From an uncultured archaeon (GTDB lineage: Archaea > Asgardarchaeota > Jordiarchaeia > Jordiarchaeales > Jordiarchaeaceae), in NCBI GenBank assembly GCA_964510585.1, contig CAZECW010000167.1, positions 1 to 17,520 on the forward strand: a stretch of 17,520 nt of DNA. Direction: 5' to 3'. The notes beneath the pieces are model-generated. The model was not told the DNA's origin. It saw only the letters and a list, made by a program, of their open reading frames with translations, and searched no databases. A program made the translations under genes and the position numbers. Shown here one piece after another: positions 1 to 9,100 of this stretch. Within the stretch, counting starts at the first letter, position 1; the number at the start of each line of letters is the position of its first letter.

Positions 1-148
1 CCTTTCTATTATTTGGCAAAAAATGTGTTCAAATCTTATAAAAATAGTTATCCTCAAATATTTGTAAAATTTTATGGAAGTAGACCAATTTTTGGAAGGG
101 TTCCTCCAGAGACTATTTGAGTTTTTCTTACAGTTGGAATCGGTGAAA

Positions 149-156
149 TTATATAT
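149..156 (+). promoter_or_regulatory. Putative TATA box (TTATATAT) for the ATPase gene
   Basis: AT-rich TTATATAT preceded by GAAA, about 40 nt upstream of ATG 195. This favours ATG195 or ATG213 over TTG162 as the start. Confidence 0.35.
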
Positions 157-194
157 TTAAATTGCCTAATTTCTCAGTAGGGTGGAATAGAATT

Positions 195-1628
195 ATGCAG
201 GCCGATGTAAAAATGGAAGTTTTGAGGGTGCCTGAAGAGCTGGTTTGGGCCCTTAACCTTGAGGGAGGCTCCCTCCACATAAAAGGATCTCCGGGTACGG
301 GTAAAACTACCCTGGCTTTAGAGCTGGCTAGAGCCTTTCCTCATCGTGAGAGCCTATATGTTTCAACACACCTCTCCCCCGAGAAAATTTATAAGTTCTA
401 CCCCTGGATTGAGGGAAGCATACCCCAAAACAATATTGTAACAGCCAAAAAAACTGTACTGGAAAACCCGAAAACCAGTGATGAACAATCCTCAGAACAC
501 GTAGCTAAGCCCGATTTTATGGAAGAGGTTTACTCCAAAATAGTTGGGGGCCAAAATAGAATTTTAATTATAGACAGCATAGACGCTTTAAAATTAAATC
601 TGAACTTATCACTGGGCGACCTCAGCTTGGAAAACAATTTGCTGGAAATGGGGGAGAAAACTGGCACAAGCTTCATTATGGTCTCCGAAACAGATTCTGA
701 GTGCAAACTAGACTCCTTAGTGGACGGAGTAGCGACACTCAGGAAAAGGCTCCTTGAAGACCGCATCCTAAGAGAAATCTCGATAGAGAAAATGAGGGGA
801 GCGGAAATCAAGCATCCCATCTATCTCTTCACCTTAGCCGGTGGAAGATTCACATACTTCAAAAACTCCTATCACAGCATACCCCCAAAAGAAATAAAAA
901 CAAAAAAAGAAGTCGAAGCAGACACTATCCCCACAACAATTCCCGAATTGGACGAAGTGCTCAATGGCGGCCTAAAAAGAAGCAGCCTCAACATAATGGA
1001 GATAAGCCAAGGAATAGGCCTTGAACACATAGAAACCCTCACCCCATTCTATGTCAGCGGTCTAAGCCGCGGGATTCCCTCAATACTGGTTCCCTCAAGA
1101 AGCTTCTCCCTCATAGACATAAAAACTCTAAAAAAGGCCATAATAGAAAACCCCGCCCTATTTGATAACTTCAAAAAACTAGTCCATGTCTTCCAATATG
1201 CAAAGTTCAGTGTAGACGTTAGCGTAGAGAAACCCGAAAACGTCCACTACTTGGAAGGAAGAGACTATAGGGATGACATAGATCAAATAAGGGGAGTAGC
1301 ACAGGAACTATTAAGAAACACTGGAAAGAAAATGTTCTTCGTGGGAATAAGCAGCGACGTTGTAAGTTACAGCTACGGACAGCAGAACTTCTTTAAAGTC
1401 CTCAGCCTCTGGGTCAACCAATTAAAACCCTTAGGAGCAGTGATAGGAGTCTTCTACTACTCCCAAAAAGAACAACAGGTGCTCACCCAATTCACAGACA
1501 TCTACCTCAAATTCGACAAAATAGACGGAACCCTAGTACTCTACGGAAAAATACCCAAAACACAAATCTACGCCATAACCCTAGACTACACCCAAAAAAC
1601 ACCCACCATACTAACACCCATCCAATAA
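195..1628 (+). CDS. GvpD-like / KaiC-RAD55-type P-loop ATPase with two RecA-like domains (second one degenerate)
   Basis: Walker A GSPGTGKT, Walker B ILIIDS, the KaiC-like segment 'DSLVDGVATL...REISIEKMRG', and a second domain starting 'IPTTIPELDEVLNGGL' with no intact Walker A. The ORF track starts at TTG162; ATG195 or ATG213 is more likely. Confidence 0.75.
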   Translation: MQADVKMEVLRVPEELVWALNLEGGSLHIKGSPGTGKTTLALELARAFPHRESLYVSTHLSPEKIYKFYPWIEGSIPQNNIVTAKKTVLENPKTSDEQSSEHVAKPDFMEEVYSKIVGGQNRILIIDSIDALKLNLNLSLGDLSLENNLLEMGEKTGTSFIMVSETDSECKLDSLVDGVATLRKRLLEDRILREISIEKMRGAEIKHPIYLFTLAGGRFTYFKNSYHSIPPKEIKTKKEVEADTIPTTIPELDEVLNGGLKRSSLNIMEISQGIGLEHIETLTPFYVSGLSRGIPSILVPSRSFSLIDIKTLKKAIIENPALFDNFKKLVHVFQYAKFSVDVSVEKPENVHYLEGRDYRDDIDQIRGVAQELLRNTGKKMFFVGISSDVVSYSYGQQNFFKVLSLWVNQLKPLGAVIGVFYYSQKEQQVLTQFTDIYLKFDKIDGTLVLYGKIPKTQIYAITLDYTQKTPTILTPIQ

Positions 1629-1927
1629 AAACCAACTCGACCCACACGTTTCCATTAAGTCCGCTCATACATAAATTTCCCCAATTTGAACCCCCAAACC
1701 AGTCCAAAAATAGACGCTAAAAAAATATTCCTAAAAAACCAGTATTTGGCACGCATCTCCACTCTTCTTTTAGGCGAAACTTCCGTCTCCCCAAATGTAC
1801 CAATCTCACAAACATTTAGCACAAGTTATAGTGCATTTCTATCAAAATCTCCAATAAGGGCTTTGGCACACCGGCTTCTATCTTTTCCCAAAGATTTAAG
1901 GTAAACAGCACTCAAAAATATCAATCT

Positions 1928-2590
1928 CTACCTTCTGTAGGGTGCAAGGACTAAGATTCCATGCTTCTCAGCTTCTTCGTCAGCACTAGGATGAACAAGA
2001 TAACCAAACATGAAGGCCACAACATCCATTTCAGCATAAGCCTTCCTCACCGCTCTAAGCGTCTTAGCAAAGGCTGCAACCTCCCTCCTCTGAATCCTAG
2101 ACTTACACTCTCCCGCTAAGATAACATCTTTGCCGTCGGCTCTACGCCCCTTTCCAAAAAGGTTGACCTGAAACTCCTTTCCATCCCCACTCACATAGGT
2201 AGGCCTAAATTCTTCCTCCACAACGATATCCATGTGTCGTTCAAACCACCCTGGAATCATAACTCTAGCAACATCCTCAAGCCCAAACCCAATCGTGTCA
2301 CTTAGACCACCAACCTGAGAAGCCAAAGTAGCCAAAGTCTCCTCGGTTCTGCGTTGAGCCTCAGCAAGCTGTTCCACAACTGCTTCAAGTCTCTCTAGGC
2401 GCTCCTCGGTTCTGCGTTGAACCTCGGTAAGCTGTTCCACTCTTTGTTCTGTTCTGTGTTGTGCTTCTGCGAGTTTGTCTACTGTTGCTGTTAGTTTGTC
2501 GAATTCTTCTCTCGTTACTCTTATATCTTTTACTTTGTCATCTACTACTTTTACTATGAAGTCGTACAGTTCTGGTGTTATTGAAGGCAT
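1928..2590 (-). CDS. Coiled-coil heptad-repeat protein with a C-terminal PD-(D/E)XK-like nuclease domain (DUF3782-like archaeal family)
   Basis: Repeated 'EQLAEAQRRTEE' heptads, then 'GLSDTIGFGLED' and 'QVNLFG...AGECK'. A GGTGA SD lies 4 nt before ATG 2590; the ORF track starts at 2611. Confidence 0.75.
   Translation of the reverse strand: MPSITPELYDFIVKVVDDKVKDIRVTREEFDKLTATVDKLAEAQHRTEQRVEQLTEVQRRTEERLERLEAVVEQLAEAQRRTEETLATLASQVGGLSDTIGFGLEDVARVMIPGWFERHMDIVVEEEFRPTYVSGDGKEFQVNLFGKGRRADGKDVILAGECKSRIQRREVAAFAKTLRAVRKAYAEMDVVAFMFGYLVHPSADEEAEKHGILVLAPYRR
2339..2440. repeat. Intragenic direct repeat, 39 bp x2, period 63 bp (three heptads)
   Basis: ctcctcggttctgcgttgagcctcagcaagctgttccac (2339-2377) vs ctcctcggttctgcgttgaacctcggtaagctgttccac (2402-2440), 36/39 identical. 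Confidence 0.9.
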
Positions 2591-2786
2591 TTTCTCACCA
2601 TTTTTCTCCATTTAATATTTACCGTTTAGAATTTTAAGTGTTCCTTTTTTTGGAGTAATTTTCCATATTACCATTTTTACTCTTTAGGGTTGAGGTTAAA
2701 AATTATTGGGGATTCACAAGACAACGATACACCATAAAAAGTTTTTTACGCCCCGTCTTGTTGCATAATTTTATTTTTTCAATTTT

Positions 2787-3416
2787 TTATAGGGTTATTG
2801 CGTTGAGTCCCTTAGTTTTATTCCAGTTGTAGAAGAAAATGAAACGCTTCAGGGAGAGAGCGTCAGGTTCGGTTTTTTCGGTTAGTTTTTTGTACCTCTT
2901 TAGGAAAAAGTTCTCTGTGTTTTTTGGAAAGACGAATGCCATGCCTGAAGTTATGTTGAAATCTTTAAATGGTAAAAGCCTGGTGAATATCAGTAGGCCT
3001 GGGTCAGCTGTTCTACTAAAATTGATGTCCAAGAGTTTTATGTCTTTTTTATCGTTCAAAAGGTCATATAAAATCACCGTGTTTTCCGACGGCAAGACAG
3101 AGACAATTTTGAATAGAGATGTGTAAGATGAAAGTAGAGAGTCTAGAAGCTCTTTTTCCAAATCGTTTTTCCATCCAAACTTCTCCCTGTAAATCTGGAC
3201 GGCGTTCTTTGTACCAGACTTGTACTCGTTAAGCGCAAAATCCATCAAAACATTCATGTCCTCCTCCCTATGAAATACAAAAACACCCTGTCTCAAAATG
3301 CCAAGCAACGTTCCTGATTCATTTAACGCCCTCTCACTAAGAGCACGCCTCATTATTTTGTCGCATAATCTTTGTCCTACTTCCCTATACCTTTTATAAT
3401 CCCTTATCAGAGCCAT
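2787..3416 (-). CDS. Conserved hypothetical protein (209 aa, MALIRDYKRYR...)
   Basis: Long protein-like ORF. The probable start is ATG 3416; the 54-codon upstream extension in the ORF track runs through the remains of the pseudogene. The C-terminal beta-rich segment 'YTSLFKIVSV...TRLLPF...SG' resembles SEC-C-associated hypothetical proteins (recalled, unverified). Confidence 0.7.
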   Translation of the reverse strand: MALIRDYKRYREVGQRLCDKIMRRALSERALNESGTLLGILRQGVFVFHREEDMNVLMDFALNEYKSGTKNAVQIYREKFGWKNDLEKELLDSLLSSYTSLFKIVSVLPSENTVILYDLLNDKKDIKLLDINFSRTADPGLLIFTRLLPFKDFNITSGMAFVFPKNTENFFLKRYKKLTEKTEPDALSLKRFIFFYNWNKTKGLNAITL

Positions 3417-3519
3417 AAAAAATAATCCCCTAACGATTTCACTAAAAGCACATCTACCCCCATTATTTATTCCTTTTGGTAGCTTGGACGTAATTAAGTC
3501 CCCCCGCACTTCTCCTCGC

Positions 3520-3913
3520 TTTTTTGGCTTATTTGTATATTTTTCGTTGAGGTTTGCTAGGACTTTGCTGAATGCCAAGTTGAGATCTCCCCTATTTTTA
3601 ATTGGGGCGTCCCATTTAATTCTCGCAGCTTGCTGAAGGGTTGGAATAATTCCTTCTCAAATTCTTTTTTTCCTTTTTCTTATTCGTCTTCCCCCCTCTC
3701 CAGTGATTTCGAGCTCTTTTTTCTAAGCGTGAGCAAATTGTGAACCACAGTGTGTTGAACAATCTGTTTCCTCACTTCCCTATTTTCAATCTCTTTAAAC
3801 CTGCTGTTGACTTGAATTTCATAACCCCCTTCAATTTCAATTTTGATTCTGCCCTTCTCTTCACATACAGCAATAGGGCCTCAACATCAATATCCACACT
3901 TAGAGGATTTATT
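3520..3913 (-). pseudogene. Decayed, 5'-truncated paralogue of the 10559..11119 gene
   Basis: Minus-strand fragments INPLSVDIDVEALLLY / EIQVNSRFKEIENREVRKQIVQHTVVHNLL / EFEKELFQPFSKLRELNG / PIKNRGDLNLAFSKVL align to INKLNMDIDVEALLLH / EIQINNRLKEIENKEVRKQIVQHTMIHNLL / EFDEEVFQRFNKLRELNG / PIKKREDLDLAFAKIL. There are about four frameshifts and one GAG>TAG. Confidence 0.9.
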
Positions 3914-4145
3914 GTGAGCTACCTTACCCCTAAAGGGTTTTTGGCTCCCTGCTTCAATGATGAGGCTTGCTGGTACTTCTACCAGTAGAGGCTTCATCTC
4001 GACAGGCGAATCAGGGATACCCCATCCCTTCATGAAGTGAACACATGTCTGGGACGATATATGTCCCCTTTTGTATGGAGATATCATTATAAACCTAATG
4101 TTCGCTCTCATCCCGCCAATAAATGGTGTGGGATTTCCCGCTCAC
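3914..4145 (-). mobile_element. Miniature non-autonomous IS200/IS605 (IS1341-like) element A, about 230 bp, TnpB-less
   Basis: On the minus strand it begins GAGCGGGAAATCCCACACCATTTATTGGCGGGATGAGAGCGAAC (left-end-type hairpin). It ends GCCTGTCGAGATGAAGCCTCTAC...GAAGCAGGGAGCCAAAAACCCTTTAGGGGTAAGGTAGCTCAC, the typical tnpB-tail/right-end pattern with a TCAC terminus. Pseudogene homology starts immediately after TCAC. Confidence 0.75.
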
Positions 4146-4149
4146 AATG

Positions 4150-4467
4150 TTGACATTCTCCTCAGCTAAAGCTTGGAGATTCCTGCACACAGCTTTTTTC
4201 ACTGCTATGGAATATATATGTGGCAGCATTTGTCCGTTTCACCGTTTGGATGCTATTTGCAGGGGCTGTGCCACCGTTGGTGGCTTCTTTTGGAGAATTT
4301 TTCCAAAAAACAAGCCCTATTTGCTTGAGCGCTAATCTTCCCAGTTTCGGATGGGGGGGCTTATTTCGGCCTTTTTAGAAGGCCATCCACATCAAAACCC
4401 TTTATCCAAAATTCTTATTTTAACCCTTCCACAATTCATCCCGAGGCTAAAACCATAGGCTTGTCAA
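4150..4467 (-). mobile_element. Miniature non-autonomous IS200/IS605-type element B, about 320 bp
   Basis: Minus-strand left end TTGACAAGCCTATGGTTTTAGCCTCGGGATGAATT, resembling the AAGCCCACGGCTTTAGCCGTGGGATGAAT pattern. Right end CAGGAATCTCCAAGCTTTAGCTGAGGAGAATGTCAA, a hairpin with a TTTA loop and TCAA terminus. No transposase ORF inside. Confidence 0.7.
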
Positions 4468-4700
4468 GTATTATGTAAAGAAGCTCTATTTGAGGACTCC
4501 TCTTGTTGTATGGGGGAAAAGTAGGGTAGGTTGAAAAACTACACACTTAAAGGCAACTTGAAGTCCATCCGAAGATGTTCTCTTGCAGTTTGCACGAAAA
4601 ATTCTTCGTATTTTTGGTTGGTGGAGATTGGTTCGAGTTTGCCTCATTTTTGGGCTCTACGTGGGAGAAGATTCTTGAATGCATTTTCTTTGGTGGATAA

Positions 4701-4760
4701 AAGAAGCCGCGTCTCCTCCTCATAAACTAAGTGCCATTGACTTGTGGAGGAGAATGTCAA
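4701..4760 (+). mobile_element. IS200/IS605-type right end of a third remnant (element C; left end unresolved, possibly ~4470)
   Basis: AAGAAGCCGCG, then a TCTCCTCC(4712-4719)...GGAGGAGA(4746-4753) stem, then ATGTCAA. It shares GAGGAGAATGTCAA with the right end of element B on the opposite strand. Confidence 0.6.
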
Positions 4761-4968
4761 AGAATAAAACCAACCAAAGAGGGGAGTTGGTTTCTATCAG
4801 TGTAGGAATGTTGGGTTCTGCTCCTCATTTCGGGGTTCTAAATTGAGGAAGCCTTTTTACTAAGCGCCGATTTTGGATGCGAAATCGAACAATTCCATGT
4901 CGCCGAATTTTTTCCTCAACGATAGATTCAAAAGGAGGAGGAAAATAACTAGAAAATGAGGGCTAAGA

Positions 4969-5850
4969 ATGAATTTGTGTAGGGAAGATGTTGAACTATT
5001 CTACAAGTTGTATCACCCTTTACTAATCTATGTTAACAGGAAGTTTAATATCGCAAGTGGTGTAGAGTCCATAAAAGATTTCAGAGACTTGGAGGAAATA
5101 GTTGCAGTTAGAGATAAGCTGTTTGAGAATCCCAAGTTAATTGACTCATTTGTTAGGGAGAATCCATACAGATTTTCAAAAGAAGAGTTGAACATAATTC
5201 TTGACTGGAAAAACTTTGTTAAAGATGAATTTGTTGTTTACCGCTATTTGGAGAAATACACCATTTTTCTTGACACAGGTGAGCCACCCAAGGCTTACGG
5301 GGTTCTTGGACTTAAATCTCCCCTTAAAGATATTCTTGGGCCCCATCTGCCAATAATGACCAAAGCAGTCCTCCTCCCCTTCAAAGGCAAAATTATATAC
5401 GACAGTCTCCTCGTACCATACAATGTAATTTTTGGCCCCGGCATGCGCCGCAGCTTTAACGAGGCATACCAAGAAGCTAAACATAGGTTCGGCATCATCA
5501 CCTCACTCCCCTTCTCAGCCAAAGAGGAGAGAAGCGACATTGAAAAACTGAAATTCTATCTAAAAAGTGAAAGCAACCGCGAGAAGTACTGGGAAGAAAT
5601 AGAAGAGCTAATCAGTAAGAACCAAAACCTCCTAAAAATCTACTACCAAGAAATGGGCAAAATACAAGCCAGAACAATTGGAAAAAGGCTACGCGAAATC
5701 GGCATCGCTCAAGGATGGTTCGCTATACTCGAAAACGAAATCATTGCCAGCGGAATAACAAGGGAGGAAACTGAGAGAAACGCCCACCGCATAGTCCCAC
5801 CAGAAAAAAAGGATTTCGTCTACATATTCCAACTAAAAGAGAAAAAATAA
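4969..5850 (+). CDS. Conserved hypothetical protein (293 aa)
   Basis: Long ORF with a GAGG SD and protein-like composition ('AVLLPFKGKIIYDS'). No catalytic motif recognised. Confidence 0.85.
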   Translation: MNLCREDVELFYKLYHPLLIYVNRKFNIASGVESIKDFRDLEEIVAVRDKLFENPKLIDSFVRENPYRFSKEELNIILDWKNFVKDEFVVYRYLEKYTIFLDTGEPPKAYGVLGLKSPLKDILGPHLPIMTKAVLLPFKGKIIYDSLLVPYNVIFGPGMRRSFNEAYQEAKHRFGIITSLPFSAKEERSDIEKLKFYLKSESNREKYWEEIEELISKNQNLLKIYYQEMGKIQARTIGKRLREIGIAQGWFAILENEIIASGITREETERNAHRIVPPEKKDFVYIFQLKEKK

Positions 5851-6112
5851 TAACCGCCAAGCCTCACCAAAATTCTGAGCACGAGAGAAAAGTAATTAAC
5901 CAGAATAACGTGGTGTTACCCAAATAAACGCGGTTAATACAAAAAAGAGCAGGAGAACAGTGTCCAAATAGAGGCTTCCAAACACTTAAAACTAACCAGA
6001 AGAAAAGAACATACACAAAAAGAATCACCCCACCGCCAAAGAGAGTGAAACGACCAACCAAAGAATAAATCGTCCAATATGATAAAACCTTCAGAGAAGA
6101 AGGGCTGAAAAA

Positions 6113-9100
6113 TTGATAGTACTGCACGCAATTTGGCATACCATTGATGCCGGCAAACTCCACATATGGGCGGAATCTTCCCACAAAGCAATAGACTCGC
6201 TAAAAGGCGAAGGGACTCAAATCAAAAGGGGAAAAAATCAGCAGCATCCCTTCACACTCTCCAGCGACCAGCTTGTTGAAGCAATAGGTGGACTGTCCGG
6301 AAGCTTAATCGCTGAAAGAACCAGTAGCGAAAACCTAACAATTTTCTTACCATCCACACCAAAGGCACCTCTGCCCTCTCCAGAGCTAATTTTGGGAGAA
6401 AAATACGCTTATGAAAAAGCAACCAAACTAGCACCATGGAAGATAAACACAGTGGCTCTCGACCCAAATCTCACCTTAGACTTCCTCCTGTCGCTACCCA
6501 CCCGTCCCCCTCATGGAGTAGCCTTCGGCAGTTCACTACGTTTCTGGACAGAAGTGGCAAAATTCTCACTTGAAATTCTCCTCAGCCAGAACTTCGCACC
6601 CACAATACAGGAGACTCAACATAGCGGAGCCACCGTTTTCAAAGCCGCCTGGGAAGTGAAGTTTACAGAAGAAGACTTTGAAAAAATGAACCTGCTGTCA
6701 AAAGCGATGCCCCCAATCTGCCGGGCGTGTGGAGAGAACAAAACATCTTGGGACATCATATTAGATTTTCTAAATCAAACTGTCGACTCTTTTGTGCGGG
6801 GAAGCCTTTCTTCATCAACACTCCTTTCACCCACCAAGCGCTCCCGAGAAGTCTCATTACCGGAACAGTGGTTGCGGGCTCTCTCCTCAGAAGACCCAAC
6901 GCTCGATTTTCCTGTAGAAAAGCTGAGAGTCTTCTCCAAGGAGATACAATCTTGGCTTGGTAAAAGTCGACTTGTGGATCCTAATGCTCCATTTCGCACA
7001 TGTTTTAAGCTTGAGCCTCCCGGAGAAGACGGTGAAAAAGATTCGGATTGGAGAGTAAGTTTCCATCTACAAGCCCGAGACGATCCAAGTCTTCTTGTTC
7101 CCGCGGATAAGGTTTGGAGGGAACGTACAAAAGTTCTCACATTTCTCAAACGCAGATTTGAAAACCCTCAGGAGCGCCTCCTCACAGACTTGGGGATGGC
7201 CTCACGCCTCTTCCCCATGATTGAAGAAAGCCTCAAAACAGCTCACCCAATGGAGCTGAGACTGAGCAGTGAACAGGCCTACACATTTCTACGCCAGTAC
7301 GCCCCACTTTTGAAGCAGAGTGGATTTGGAGTACTTCTACCATCCTGGTGGCAAAAGCCGGCAGCTCGCCTAGGAGTTAAATTAACGCTGAAAAAAGCAT
7401 CGGATCCCAAAATAGGTTCAGGAATTCTAGGCATGGAATCCATTTTATCCTACGATTGGAAGATTTCACTGGGTGGCGAAACACTCTCACTCAAAGAGTT
7501 CGAGGAATTAGTCAACCTAAAGGTTCCACTAGTTAGGGTGCGTGGACAATGGGTCGAGTTGCGTCCTGAGGAAGTAGAAAAGGCCATCAAGTATTTCAAG
7601 GGAAGGCGGGGCAGCGGTGAAATGACACTGGGAGAAGCGCTGCGCATCGGTCTGGGGCAGGAAGAGTCTGAAGTAGGCCTACCAGTAGTCGAAATAGAAG
7701 GCGATGGGTGGCTTAAAGACTTTCTAGATAAACTCTCCAACCCAACTAAACTCTCCACGATTAAAACTCCCATGACCTTTAGGGGAGAACTCCGACCCTA
7801 CCAGCTCAGGGGGGTTTCATGGCTTGCCTTTCTCAAACAGTTCGGTCTTGGAGCGTGCCTGGCAGATGACATGGGTCTAGGCAAAACAATACAAGTTATA
7901 GCCCTCCTGCTACACGAGAACAATGGCGAGCCGGATAGGTCTAAACGTGGCCCCACACTTATCATCTGTCCCATGTCTATAGTGGGCAACTGGTACAGGG
8001 AAATTCAACGCTTTGCGCCCTCCCTTAAGGTTATGGTTCACCACGGTCTGGACAGACTCTCTGGCCAAGACTTTGAAAAGGAAGCCAAGAAACACCATGT
8101 TGTTATTACCACCTATTCTCTAGCACATCGTGACGAGGAAACTCTTTCCAGAATCGAGTGGGAGTGCATTGTTCTGGATGAGGCGCAGAACATTAAAAAC
8201 AATGCGGCGAAACAGACGCAGGCAATAAAAAGGCTCAAAGCTAAACACAAAATTGCTCTTACAGGCACACCAGTTGAGAACCGACTATCCGAACTCTGGT
8301 CCATTATGGACTTTCTCAACAAGGGATACTTGGGAACAGTGAAGGATTTCCACACAAAGTATGCTCTACCCATAGAGAAGTACCGCGACCCAAATCGGGC
8401 GGAGGCGCTTAAACGGTTGGTTCAACCTTTCATTCTCCGCAGGTTAAAAACTGATAAGACAATCATTAAAGACCTTCCGGAAAAGATGGAGATGAAGGTG
8501 CTCTGTAACCTCACTCGGGAACAGGCTACACTTTACGAGGCTGTGGTTGAGGATATGATGGAAAAAATAGAAAATTCGGAGGGAATAAAGCGTAAGGGAC
8601 TGGTTCTGTCCACATTAATGAAGCTCAAACAGGTATGCAACCATCCTGCGCAGTTCCTCCACGATGGCAGTAAGTTGCCTGGCCGCTCGGGAAAACTTGC
8701 ACGTTTAGAAGAGATGCTTGAGGAAGCCTTGGCTGAAGGAGACAAATCACTGATTTTCACCCAATTCGCAGAGATGGGAGCCATGCTCCACAATCATCTC
8801 CAAGAAACACTGGACTGCGAAACACTTTTTCTACACGGCGGCACACCCAAAAGGCAGCGTGAAATTATGATTCAAAGGTTCCAAGACGAAAAACGCGGCC
8901 CTCCTATTTTCATCCTCTCAATTAAGGCTGGTGGATTGGGACTCAACCTAACCGCCGCTAACCGTGTCTTCCACTTTGACAGGTGGTGGAACCCCGCAGT
9001 GGAAAACCAGGCAACTGACAGAGCCTTCCGTATAGGACAAACGAGAAATGTACAAGTCCACAAATTTGTTTGTGCGGGAACCTTGGAGGAACGCATAGAC

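Noticed and set aside
195-1628. Gas vesicle gene cluster
   Set aside because: Only a GvpD-like ATPase is present, with no gvpA or other structural genes in the window.
1686-1904. 72-aa plus-strand ORF between convergent genes
   Set aside because: TTG start with no SD and no motif; likely spurious.
3417-3578. N-terminal 54-codon extension of the 2787 ORF
   Set aside because: It is the in-frame tail of the pseudogene plus intergenic DNA; ATG 3416 is the more plausible start.
3887-4111. 74-aa minus-strand ORF
   Set aside because: It spans element A and crosses its TCAC end. It resembles a tnpB tail in places but has no RuvC or zinc-ribbon motifs, so it is not called a CDS.
4893-4902. 10-nt match TTCCATGTCG to spacer 2, upstream of gene 4969
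   Set aside because: About one such 10-mer match per spacer is expected by chance in 35 kb of two-strand sequence, and it is not in the seed.
6085-6094. 10-nt match AAACCTTCAG to spacer 2 (reverse complement), upstream of Snf2
   Set aside because: Chance-level length with no extension.
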